From assembly GCA_031416735.1 (NCBI GenBank), contig JANOTZ010000070.1:1-49599 (forward strand): 49,599 nt of DNA, written 5' to 3'. A model generated the notes under the pieces. That model was not told where the DNA came from and did not search any database. It saw only the letters and a list, made by a program, of their open reading frames with translations. Within the stretch, counting starts at the first letter, position 1; every line of letters begins with the position of its first letter. This stretch comes from Frankiales bacterium. GTDB taxonomy: Bacteria > Actinomycetota > Actinomycetes > Mycobacteriales > SCTD01. Made by a program: the position numbers and the translations under genes. Below are positions 11,403-20,171 of the stretch, piece by piece.

Positions 11403-11406
<4 letters not shown>

Positions 11407-12305
11407 CCGCAACCCTTCAGGCGATCGTGGTGGGGGTCGACGCCACGGTCCCCTCCGAACGCGCCCTGCAACGCGCCCTGCTGGAGGCGCACCGATCCAG
11501 CGCTGAGTTGCGGGTGGTGCATGCCTGGACCACCCCCGTCTGGACCGGTGGATTGCCCGGGTTCGACTACAGCGATCTCGCCTCCCCGACCGACAGCGAG
11601 AAGTTCGCCCAGGAACTGGTGGAGGAGCTGGTGGCCAAGGTCCTGTCCCCTGCGCCCCACACCCCTCCGGCCAGGGTGCGCACCGAGGTGCGCCACGGCG
11701 ATCCTGGGCACGTGCTGGTCCGCGCCTCGCAGGACGCTTCGCTCGTCGTGGTCGGAGGCAGAGGGCATGGCTACGTCACGAGCGCCCTGCTGGGCTCGGT
11801 GACGGACTACGTGGTGCACCACTCCCACTGCCCGACCATGGTCGTGCCCGAGACCGGCCCACCTGCCGGGCTCTTCCGGCAGATCATCGTCGGCGTCGAC
11901 GGGTCGCCGAGTTCGCGCGCAGCCCTTCGTTGGGGCGTGGAAGAAGCCCGACGGCACGACTGCCCCGTCATCGCGCTGCACGCCTGGTTGATCACCACCC
12001 TGCCCGGGCGCACCCCGGGCGAGGACCGCCACGGGCCCGCCCCGTTCGAGACCGAAGCACGCCAGTGGCTCGAGCGGGAGGTCGCCGAGGTCACTCCGGA
12101 CGCCGACGTCGGGATCGCGCTTACGCACGGCGGCACCACGTGGGCGCTGCTCGAGATGGCCGGACCCGACGACCTCCTGGTGCTCGGGTCCCGAGGGCGA
12201 GGGGGGTTCGCCAGTCTGGTGCTCGGATCGACTGCCACGCAGTGCTCCAGGCATGCCCGTGGGGTGGTCGTGGTGGTCCGCGCCGGGCCGGCCTCACCGT
12301 CATGA
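11403..12305 (+). CDS. Universal stress protein, tandem USP domains (USP-2)
   Basis: 300 aa. GTGA overlap with the Acg-2 stop. Motifs LVVVGGRGHGYVTSALLGSVTDYVVHHSHCPTMVV and LLVLGSRGRGGFASLVLGSTATQCSRHARGVVVVV. Confidence 0.9.
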
Positions 12306-12898
12306 GGGCGCTCCGCGCCCTGCCCCGCGTTCTGCCCCGCGCCCTGGGCTCTCTCGACCGGGCCGGCAGGAAGGTTCCGGCCACCGCAGCGGCGGGCGTC
12401 AGGTTCGTGACGAGAAGTGCCATCACCAACGCCCGTCGGTCCATCAACGACCTGACCACAGCCGGGGACGACCGCCGGGACCTGGTCAGCGGCCTTGAGA
12501 CCGCGTCCGTGCCCGGTGATGTTGCCCGCCTGTCAACAGCGGAGTGCCACGAACTCCTGGCGACAAAGTCGGTGGGGCGGCTCGCCTACATCGCCCGTCC
12601 CGGAGTCCCCGACATCGTCCCCGTCAACTACGTTGTCGACGGCAACGCGGTCCTCGTACGTTCCGCCCCCGGCCCCAAGCTCCAGGCAGCCGAACGGGGA
12701 GAGATGCTGGCCTTCGAAGTGGACGAGATCGATGGGGCCACCCACACCGGCTGGAGCGTCGTGGTCAGCGGTGTGGGCCGACGTCTCGCACCCGAGGAGC
12801 ACGATCGCTCACCCGAGCCTGGCCCTTGGGCCAACGGTCCTCGCCGTCACCTCCTGCGGATCGACCTGCGCCGCATCTCCGGCCGGCGGCTGTTGTAG
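12302..12898 (+). CDS. Pyridoxamine 5-phosphate oxidase-fold protein (PPOX-3) with N-terminal extension
   Basis: ORF 11930..12898. ATG at 12302 taken because it forms an ATGA overlap with the USP-2 stop (198 aa). Domain LSTAECHELLATKSVGRLAYIARPGVPDIVPVNYVVDGNAVLVRS...LAFEVDEID...GWSVVVSG. The first 75 aa or so are basic and low-complexity, so the true start may be later (for example GTG 12509). Confidence 0.7.
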   Translation: MRALRALPRVLPRALGSLDRAGRKVPATAAAGVRFVTRSAITNARRSINDLTTAGDDRRDLVSGLETASVPGDVARLSTAECHELLATKSVGRLAYIARPGVPDIVPVNYVVDGNAVLVRSAPGPKLQAAERGEMLAFEVDEIDGATHTGWSVVVSGVGRRLAPEEHDRSPEPGPWANGPRRHLLRIDLRRISGRRLL

Positions 12899-12998
12899 GT
12901 CGCAGGTCACTGTTGTGAGTCGCCGACCACTCGGCCCTTGGTGGCCCTACTGGCGGCTCGGCGCGGCGCCGGGCGGCCATCTGACCTGACCCGGCACG

Positions 12999-13868
12999 AT
13001 GCGTGCCATGCACCTCACCCGCCGACAGCTGCTGTTGCTCGGAGCGGGTGTGGGCGCGAGCGCTGTGGTGGGGGTCGCATCCACAGATGAAGGCACCCAG
13101 CTGGTTGACCGGCTCAACCCGCCGCGCGGTGCGGTGCCCGATGGACCCACCGGCCCCGTCGTGCGCGGGGTGCTGCAGTCGCGAGCGCGCGGCCGGGAGG
13201 TCCGGTGGGCGGTCGCATACCCGCCGGGCTCGCTGCCCGGCGCGGCCCTGCCCGTCGCGCTCGTCCTCCACGGGCGGTCGGGCGACAGCGGCCAGGCGTT
13301 CGGGTCGCACGCCTTGCACCACTTCCTCGCCGACGCGGTGCGTACGGGCACCCCACCGTTCGCGCTGGCCTCCATCGACGGCGGGGACCACACCTACTGG
13401 CACCGTCGGGCCGATGGGGATGACCCGCAGGCCATGCTCCTGGAGGAGTTCCTTCCGCTGCTCAAGCAGCGGGGCCTCAGCACTGAACACTTCGGCCTCA
13501 CCGGATGGTCGATGGGCGGGTACGGAGCTCTGCTGCTCGCGTCCCGTTGCCCGGAGCGCGTCAAGGCTGTCGCGGTCGATGCTGCTGCGCTGTGGCGCCG
13601 TGCCGCCGACACCGCCCCTGGAGCCTTCGACAATGCAGCGGACTTCGCGGGGCACGATGTGCTTGGACAGCTCGAACGGCTGCAGGGCCTGCCGTTGAGG
13701 GTCGGCTGCGGGCACTCGGACCCGTTCATCGCCACCAACAGAGCTCTCGTGAAGGCACTGCCGCAGACCGAGCACGCCTTCCCGCGAGGCGGACACAACA
13801 CAAGGTGCTGGAACCTGCTGCGACCTGGCGACATGCGCTTCCTCGGCCGCCACCTCTCCGCGACGTAG
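12999..13868 (+). CDS. Secreted alpha/beta-hydrolase, putative esterase family
   Basis: 289 aa. Tat-like signal MRAMHLTRRQLLLLGAGVGASAVVG. Nucleophile elbow GWSMGGYG. C-terminal GGHNTRCW. Confidence 0.8.
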   Translation: MRAMHLTRRQLLLLGAGVGASAVVGVASTDEGTQLVDRLNPPRGAVPDGPTGPVVRGVLQSRARGREVRWAVAYPPGSLPGAALPVALVLHGRSGDSGQAFGSHALHHFLADAVRTGTPPFALASIDGGDHTYWHRRADGDDPQAMLLEEFLPLLKQRGLSTEHFGLTGWSMGGYGALLLASRCPERVKAVAVDAAALWRRAADTAPGAFDNAADFAGHDVLGQLERLQGLPLRVGCGHSDPFIATNRALVKALPQTEHAFPRGGHNTRCWNLLRPGDMRFLGRHLSAT

Positions 13869-13954
13869 CCGTTGTACCGAGTCGTTCTCGGGTGTCTCGG
13901 CGTGAGGCGCTGGCATCCTCCTCGGCCTTGAGTAAAGAGGCCCGCTTCAGCACG

Positions 13955-14287
13955 TCACTGCGGCTTCCCCGCGACGTCGTGCACGCGGACGAAATCACGC
14001 AGGGCCGTCGAGAGCCCCAGGACGAGCTGGCGATCAGCGTGGCTGAGGCACAACCCTCGGTCGCTCCAGGAGAGCGCCCACCCGTGCGGGTCCACATCAC
14101 GTTCGAGGAGTTCGAGCAGCAACTCCCGTCGCTGCTGCAGGGTGGCGGCCTCATGATCAGTCTGCAGCGCGATCCGGAAGAGCAGCTCCGAGAGCGTCAA
14201 GGCGCCGAGCTCGTTCAGGAGGCGATCGAGCGCTAGCGCCACGGGTGCGAGGTACACATCACTCGTGTCGTGCGGGAGGTCGGGCAC
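13955..14287 (-). CDS. Hypothetical protein (110 aa)
   Basis: ORF 13955..14611. GTG at 14287 is preceded by AAGGAGAGAGCC (strong SD). The helical, Leu-rich sequence has coding-like composition. No family recognised. The upstream 108 codons are Arg/Gly/Cys-rich and rejected. Confidence 0.5.
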   Translation of the reverse strand: MPDLPHDTSDVYLAPVALALDRLLNELGALTLSELLFRIALQTDHEAATLQQRRELLLELLERDVDPHGWALSWSDRGLCLSHADRQLVLGLSTALRDFVRVHDVAGKPQ

Positions 14288-14368
14288 GGCTCTCTCCTTG
14301 TCGTGGTCCGCGGAGTTCACCGCAGGTGCTGTCAGGATCACCGTCCACGAAATCCGCTTCGTGGCACA

Positions 14369-14382
14369 GGGTCCTAGGTCCC
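14369..14382. promoter_or_regulatory. Candidate DosR-type site GGGTCC-TA-GGTCCC
   Basis: 14-mer of the same length as the DosR core (GGGACT-WW-AGTCCC). The right half matches 5/6. Lies 82-95 nt upstream of the 14287 start. 13/14 identical to the reverse complement of 43339-43352. Confidence 0.3.
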
Positions 14383-14440
14383 GTCGGGAGGAGGCGTCGG
14401 CCCTCCACGTCACCCCAGATCCACGTGCATGGCGTCCGCA

Positions 14441-14455
14441 CGGACCAAAGGTCCC
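14441..14455. promoter_or_regulatory. Candidate DosR-type palindrome GGACC-AAA-GGTCC upstream of the Pat operon
   Basis: CGGACCAAAGGTCCC. Its reverse complement GGGACCTTTGGTCCG matches the 10381 site at 13/15. Lies about 110-125 nt upstream of the Pat start. Confidence 0.35.
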
Positions 14456-14567
14456 TACCTGGCGGGTCTTCTGCCGCTGACCCCGCGGCCTGCACGCACC
14501 TAGCGTCGGACCTGCCACCACTGGCGCGGATCGCCGTGCCCGCCGTGCCCGCCGAAGGGAAATGCAC

Positions 14568-17264
14568 ATGAGGACCCTCGCTACCCCCACCGAGGCCGAC
14601 GTCCTGCTCATCGACGGGTCGATCGCGCACCTCCGTCCGGTCGGGCCGGCTGACGAAGCCGGGTTGCACGAGCTCTACGACCACGTGTCGGACCGGACTC
14701 TGTACCTGCGTTTCTTCACTGCCGGCCGCAGGTCAGCCGATCAGGACATCGCCAAGCTCGTCCGCAGCGACCCCGACCAACATGCCGCGCTCCTTGTGGT
14801 GCTCGCCGGTCGGGTGGTGGCCGTCGCGGGGTACGAGCGACTGGACGACCCCACCCAAGCCGAGGTCGCCTTCGTCGTCGACGACTCCTGCCAGGGTCTC
14901 GGCATCGGCACCCTGCTCTTCGAGTATCTGGCGTCCGCGGCCGCCGCACGGGGAGTCATCCGGTTCGTCGCCGAGACGCTCTTCGAGAACGCGCGGATGC
15001 TCCACGTGTTCCGGGACGCCGGCCTGCCCGTCTCGACCCGGTTGGACAGCCACGGCACAGTCCACGTCGACCTTCCGCTCTCACCGGACGAGCACTACCT
15101 GGACGTCGTCGGCGAGCGGGAGCGGATCGCGGGAACCGCCTCCCTCCGCCGGGTGCTCGCCCCCACGTCCCTGGTCGTGGCCGGCGCCGGTGCCAACCCC
15201 GACGGCCTGGGGCATCAGGTCTTCGCGAACCTCGTGGCAGGAGGCTTCACGGGTGCTTTGGCGGCCGTCAACCGCAGCGGAGAGAGCATCTGCGGCTTAC
15301 CGGCCTACCGGTCCTTGTCGGAGGTGCCCGGGCCGATCGATCTGGTCGTCATCGCCGTACCCGCATCTGGGGTGCTCGAGGTGGCTCGGGCCGCAGCAGC
15401 ACAGGGAGCGGCCGGGCTCGTCGTCATCACCGCCGGGTTCGCCGAGGCCAGCCCCGCTGGGCTGGCGCATCAGGCCGAGCTGCTGTCGATCTGCCGGGCC
15501 GGAAGCATGCGGCTGATCGGTCCCAACTGCATGGGGGTCGCGAACACTGCTGTGGCGATGAACGCGACGTTCTGCTCCACCCTCCCGCCGCCAGGAGGGC
15601 TCTCGCTCATGTCGCAGTCCGGTGCGGTCGGCATCGCCACCCTCGCCTACGCGGCACGTACGGGTGTCGGTCTTGCGTCCTTCGTGTCAGCGGGCAACAA
15701 GGCAGACGTGTCGGGCAACGACCTGCTGGCCTACTGGGAGACCGACCCGGCAACCAGGGTGTGCGCGCTCTACCTCGAGTCGTTCGGCAACCCACGCAAG
15801 TTCGCGCGCATCGCGGCGAGGGTCGGACGGCTCAAGCCCATCGTCGCGGTGAAGTCGGGCCGCTCGGTCTCCGGATCGCGAGGGGTCGCCTCGCACACGG
15901 CCGCCGCGGCGACACCCGACATCGCCGTAGACAGTCTCTTCACCCAGGCCGGCGTGATCCGGGTCGATTCCCTTGCTGAGCTCTTCGATGTCTCCACCCT
16001 GCTGGACCGGGCCCCACTGCCCCGCGGACGGCGGGTCGCGATCATCGGCAACAGCGGCGGCCCCGGGGTACTGGCCGCCGATGCATGCGAGGGGGCCGGG
16101 CTGCTCGTGCCTGCACTGGAACCGCACACTCGCGAACGGCTTGCGGCACTGTTGCCGCACGGCGCGGCGGTCGCCAACCCGGTCGACCTTCTCGCCGGCG
16201 CGGACGCGGCGACGTTCGAGGCGGCTTTGCGAGCTCTCCTCGACGACGACGGAGTCGACGCCGTCATCACCGTCTACACGCCGGTGCGCGCCGGTGCCGC
16301 CGACCTGATCGCGGCGGCAATCGTCCGCTGTCGGGCCGACCACCCGGACCTCCCGATCGTGGCGGTTTTCCTCGGCATCGACGAGATGCCCTCCCCGCTG
16401 CGAGACGATGCCGGTCGACCTTCCCTGCCGTACTACGCCTTTCCCGAACCGGCTGCCCGGGCGCTCGCCGCCGTGGCCGGGTACGCCGAGTGGCGCACCA
16501 GTCAGGTCGGGAGCATGCCTCAGCTGGACGGCATCGACCGACGGGTCGCGACCGAGATCGTGGACAGTGCCCTGACCGCGAACCCCGACGGGTGCTGGCT
16601 CGACGCTTCCCGGGCCGTCGACCTCGTCCGCAGTTATGGAGTGCACGTCGCACCGGTGATCGGCGTCTCCGATGCCAAGGAGGCCGCTGCGGCGGCAGCC
16701 AGACTCGGAGGGGCAGTCGCCCTCAAAGCAGCAGCGGGCGCCCTCGTGCACAAGACCGACCGGGGTGGGGTCCGACTGGGTCTTTCGACACCGGAGGAGA
16801 CGCGCGTCGCTTTCGGCGAGATGTCGGCCCGCCTGGGCGACGACATGGGTGGTGCCGTCGTGCAGGCCATGGTCGAGCAAGGGGTGGAGACGGCGATCGG
16901 TGTCGTGTCGGACCCACAGTTCGGGCCACTGGTGATGTTCGGTCTCGGCGGTGTCGCCAGTGACCTGCTGGCTGACCGCGCTTTCCGGCTGCTCCCTCTC
17001 ACGGTCGCGGATGCCGCAACGCAGATCCGGTCCCTGAAGGCCGCCCCGCTGCTCTTCGGCTATCGCGGGACCCCGCGCTGTGATGTCGCGGCACTCGAGG
17101 AGATGCTGCTCCGCATCGCAGCACTGGCCGACGACTTTCCTGAGCTCGCGGAACTCGATCTCAATCCCGTCGTCGTCACCGCCGACGGTGCGATCGCCGT
17201 CGATGTGAAAATCCGGCTGGCTCCGGCTGAACCGACCTTCCCGCTGCTCCGTCGCCTGCGATGA
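14568..17264 (+). CDS. Pat-type protein acetyltransferase: N-terminal GNAT fused to ADP-forming acyl-CoA synthetase-like domains (CoA-binding, ligase-CoA, ATP-grasp)
   Basis: ORF 14562..17264. The second ATG at 14568 has better spacing to GAAGGGA. GNAT core VVDDSCQGLGIGTLLFEYLASAAAARG. CoA-binding LVVAGAGANPDGLGHQVFANL...AVNR. RLIGPNCMGV. C-terminal ATP-grasp VALKAAAGALVHKTDRGGVRLGL. Confidence 0.85.
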   Translation: MRTLATPTEADVLLIDGSIAHLRPVGPADEAGLHELYDHVSDRTLYLRFFTAGRRSADQDIAKLVRSDPDQHAALLVVLAGRVVAVAGYERLDDPTQAEVAFVVDDSCQGLGIGTLLFEYLASAAAARGVIRFVAETLFENARMLHVFRDAGLPVSTRLDSHGTVHVDLPLSPDEHYLDVVGERERIAGTASLRRVLAPTSLVVAGAGANPDGLGHQVFANLVAGGFTGALAAVNRSGESICGLPAYRSLSEVPGPIDLVVIAVPASGVLEVARAAAAQGAAGLVVITAGFAEASPAGLAHQAELLSICRAGSMRLIGPNCMGVANTAVAMNATFCSTLPPPGGLSLMSQSGAVGIATLAYAARTGVGLASFVSAGNKADVSGNDLLAYWETDPATRVCALYLESFGNPRKFARIAARVGRLKPIVAVKSGRSVSGSRGVASHTAAAATPDIAVDSLFTQAGVIRVDSLAELFDVSTLLDRAPLPRGRRVAIIGNSGGPGVLAADACEGAGLLVPALEPHTRERLAALLPHGAAVANPVDLLAGADAATFEAALRALLDDDGVDAVITVYTPVRAGAADLIAAAIVRCRADHPDLPIVAVFLGIDEMPSPLRDDAGRPSLPYYAFPEPAARALAAVAGYAEWRTSQVGSMPQLDGIDRRVATEIVDSALTANPDGCWLDASRAVDLVRSYGVHVAPVIGVSDAKEAAAAAARLGGAVALKAAAGALVHKTDRGGVRLGLSTPEETRVAFGEMSARLGDDMGGAVVQAMVEQGVETAIGVVSDPQFGPLVMFGLGGVASDLLADRAFRLLPLTVADAATQIRSLKAAPLLFGYRGTPRCDVAALEEMLLRIAALADDFPELAELDLNPVVVTADGAIAVDVKIRLAPAEPTFPLLRRLR

Positions 17265-18271
17265 CAACCCATCGCGTGAGTGCTCCCGGGCCCAGACTGA
17301 GCTCCCGGTTCAGCGACGACGTGGTGCGCCACCTCATCACGACTGCCGGGCGTGCTCCGTCACTGCACAACAGCCAGCCCTGGCGATTTCGGCACGACGG
17401 CGAGGAGCTCGAGCTCCTCATCGATCCTCAACGCGCACTGCGGGTGTCGGATCCGGCCGCCCGTGAGCTTGTCCTTGCGTGCGGGGCGGCGCTCTACAAC
17501 CTCCGCATTGCCTTGCGTTGCGAGGGCCTGGTGCCCCACGTCGACCTCACACCCGCCTCGGGTGACCCGCTCCTGCTCGCCCGGATCACCGCGAAGCCAG
17601 GACCCGATCCGACGGCCGACGAACTGCGCCTGCTCGGGGCGGTCGCGCACCGGCACACCCACCGGCACGGGTTCGCGCAACGACCGCTGTCAGGCACCTT
17701 GGTCGCTGCGCTGGAAGCCGACGTCGCGGCGGAAGGCGCCCGACTGGTCTGGATCGACGCGCCCCAGCAGGTCCGAGCCGTCGCTGAGCTTGCGCTGCAG
17801 GCCGGCGAGCGCCAGAGCGCCGACCCTGACTGGCAGGCCGAGATCGCTCGCTGGGTGGACGATGAGACCGGGACAGGTCGGCGAGACGGCATCCCGACCA
17901 CCGCTCTTCCCGACGCACCCCCGCACCCAGGAACCGACCGACTCCCCCCTCGGCAGTTCGGCGTCAACGTTCCACGTGGTGCGTCCAGTCCCAACGGAGC
18001 GGGTCGGATCGCCGTACTCGTCACCCCGCAGGACGGACTCATCGACTGGGTCGCTGCCGGCCAGTCACTGCAACGGATGCTGTTGCGCGGCACCCTCGAC
18101 TGGGTGTTCGCCCGTTATGCAACCGCCCCGCTGGAGGTGCCAGACCTGCGCCAGGCGTTGCGCGACACCCTCGAGCTTCGGGATCATCCGCAGATGATGC
18201 TCGAGCTCGGGCACGCAGGATTCACCCGTCCGACTCCACGGCTGCCCGCCGACGAGCAGCTGGATCGATGA
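17261..18271 (+). CDS. Acg-family nitroreductase-like protein (Acg-3)
   Basis: 336 aa. ATGA overlap with the preceding stop. [12 protein letters not shown] motif. Colinear with Acg-1 and Acg-2. Confidence 0.88.
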   Translation: MTTHRVSAPGPRLSSRFSDDVVRHLITTAGRAPSLHNSQPWRFRHDGEELELLIDPQRALRVSDPAARELVLACGAALYNLRIALRCEGLVPHVDLTPASGDPLLLARITAKPGPDPTADELRLLGAVAHRHTHRHGFAQRPLSGTLVAALEADVAAEGARLVWIDAPQQVRAVAELALQAGERQSADPDWQAEIARWVDDETGTGRRDGIPTTALPDAPPHPGTDRLPPRQFGVNVPRGASSPNGAGRIAVLVTPQDGLIDWVAAGQSLQRMLLRGTLDWVFARYATAPLEVPDLRQALRDTLELRDHPQMMLELGHAGFTRPTPRLPADEQLDR

Positions 18272-18669
18272 TCGACGTCGACCTGACAACGATCCGCATG
18301 TTCGTCCATGTCCTGGCCGCCACCATCTGGGTCGGTGGTCAGCTGACCCTGGCCGCCCTGGTGCCCGTGCTCCGGTCGGTGGGGGGTGACGCTCCGAGGC
18401 TCGCAGCCCGGCAGTTCAACCGGATCGCCTGGCCTGCCTACGCAGTGCTGATTGTCACCGGCGCCTGGAATGCCGTCGCCGATCGGGAGGAGCTGCACGG
18501 TAGTTATGCCACCACGTTCACGATCAAGGTCGCGGTCGTGGCCGCCTCGGGTGTGACCGCCTTCTGGCACACCCGCGCAACAATACCCTCCCGGGTTGCC
18601 CTCACGGGAGCGCTCACCGGCCTGACGGCACTGGTCGCGCTCTTCCTGGGCATCGTGCTGGCGGGGTGA
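18268..18669 (+). CDS. Small 4-TM membrane protein, CopD-like
   Basis: 133 aa. ATGA overlap upstream. TM1 carries His (MFVHVLAATIWVGGQL). RQFNRIAWPAYAVLIVTGAWNA resembles the CopD-family RFS...TG motif. Four predicted TM helices. Confidence 0.7.
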   Translation: MIDVDLTTIRMFVHVLAATIWVGGQLTLAALVPVLRSVGGDAPRLAARQFNRIAWPAYAVLIVTGAWNAVADREELHGSYATTFTIKVAVVAASGVTAFWHTRATIPSRVALTGALTGLTALVALFLGIVLAG

Positions 18670-20129
18670 ACGCCGTCGTCGTGGAGACGCACTCCTCGAC
18701 CCTGTTCTTCGTCGACGGCTTGGTCTACAAGCGCAAGAAGCCCCTGGACCTCGGCTTCTGCGATTTCCGGACCCGCGAGGCTCGCCTCGCCGCCTGCGTG
18801 AACGAGGTCCGGTTGAACCGTCGCCTCGCGCCGGACGTCTACCTCGGCGTCTCCGACGTCCTCGGCACCGACGGTAAGCCCTGCGACCACCTCGTGGTGA
18901 TGCGTCACCTGCCGGATGACCGCCGCCTCGCGACCCTGGTCACCGGCGGAGCGGACGTCGAAGCCGCGCTCCGCGAGGTAGCGGTGCAGCTCGCGGACCT
19001 GCACCGGACGTCGCCGGCTCCCATCGCCCTTCGCGACCTCGCCCGCGGAGCCAGCCTGCAGCACTTGTGGGACGTGGGCTTGGATGCGTTGTGCGCCTTC
19101 CCCGATCTCGTCCCTGAGCCCGTGCGGGACAGGACCCGCGAGCTCGCCTCCCGGTGGCTGGCGGGGCGCGAACCCCTGCTCGCCCCGCGGGCCGAGACGC
19201 ACGTCTTCGACGGACACGGCGATCTGCTCGCCGACGACATCTTCGTGATGGAGGACGGCCCCCGGATCCTCGACTGCCTCGAGTTCGACGAACACCTGCG
19301 GGTGGGCGACGGCATCGCCGATGCCGCGTTCCTGGCGATGGACCTGGAGCGACTCGGCGCCCCCACAGCGGCGCGGACCTTCCTCGACGCCTACGAGCGT
19401 GCTGCGGGTGACCATGCTCCCGCGTCGCTGGAGGACCTGTACCTGGCCTACCGGGCCCACGTCCGGTGCAAGGTGTCCTGCATCCAGGCCCGGCAGCACG
19501 CCGACCCTCACGTCATAGCTCGCGCAGGTCAGCTGGCCGACCTTGCGTTGGCGCATCTCGAGCGGGCGCGGATCCGCCTCGTCCTGGTCGGCGGGCTTCC
19601 GGGCAGCGGCAAGACGACCCTGGCAGCAGGCCTCGCGACCGACACCGGCTGGACGCATCTGTCCTCTGATGTGACGCGCAAGCATCTGGCTGGGGTCGAC
19701 ACCACTGCCCACGAACGCTTCCGAAGCGGGCTCTATGCCCCCGAGATGACGGAACGCACCTACGAGGCACTGCTCACGGAGGCCCGCACAGCCTTGTCCC
19801 TGGGTCGCAGCGTCGTCCTCGACGCCTCGTGGGTCGACCAACAGTGGAGGGCGCGAGCGCGGGCTCTCGCCGAGGAGGTGTACGCCGACCTCGTCGAGCT
19901 GGAGTGCGTCGTCGCGGCGGACGTCGCGGAGGCGCGCATCCTGCGACGGGTCTCCACCAGCTCCGATGCGACGCCGGCGATCAGGCGCCAACTGGGTGCC
20001 GTCGCCGACCCGTGGCCCGAAGCCGTCACTGTCGACACCCAGGGCTCACCCGCCAGCACGCAGGCGACGGTCCTGGGCCTTGCCGGCTGGCACCCCAGCG
20101 ACCGGCTGTTGTCCGCCCGGCGGAGCTGA
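18666..20129 (+). CDS. Bifunctional aminoglycoside-phosphotransferase-fold / P-loop ATPase protein (Rv2004c-like)
   Basis: 487 aa. GTGA overlap upstream. N-terminal kinase-fold pattern (VYKRKKP..., HGDLLADDIF). C-terminal Walker A LVGGLPGSGKTTLA. Confidence 0.8.
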   Translation: MNAVVVETHSSTLFFVDGLVYKRKKPLDLGFCDFRTREARLAACVNEVRLNRRLAPDVYLGVSDVLGTDGKPCDHLVVMRHLPDDRRLATLVTGGADVEAALREVAVQLADLHRTSPAPIALRDLARGASLQHLWDVGLDALCAFPDLVPEPVRDRTRELASRWLAGREPLLAPRAETHVFDGHGDLLADDIFVMEDGPRILDCLEFDEHLRVGDGIADAAFLAMDLERLGAPTAARTFLDAYERAAGDHAPASLEDLYLAYRAHVRCKVSCIQARQHADPHVIARAGQLADLALAHLERARIRLVLVGGLPGSGKTTLAAGLATDTGWTHLSSDVTRKHLAGVDTTAHERFRSGLYAPEMTERTYEALLTEARTALSLGRSVVLDASWVDQQWRARARALAEEVYADLVELECVVAADVAEARILRRVSTSSDATPAIRRQLGAVADPWPEAVTVDTQGSPASTQATVLGLAGWHPSDRLLSARRS

Positions 20130-20171
20130 GCAACCGGCCGCTGTCTGTCCGGCGGAGCTCAGCAGCCCCGG

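Noticed and set aside
15687-19991. Long minus-strand ORFs 15687..17267 (526 aa) and 18504..19991 (495 aa)
   Set aside because: They are antisense shadows of the Pat-type and APH/AAA genes. Both are Arg/Gly/Asp/His-rich with no motifs.
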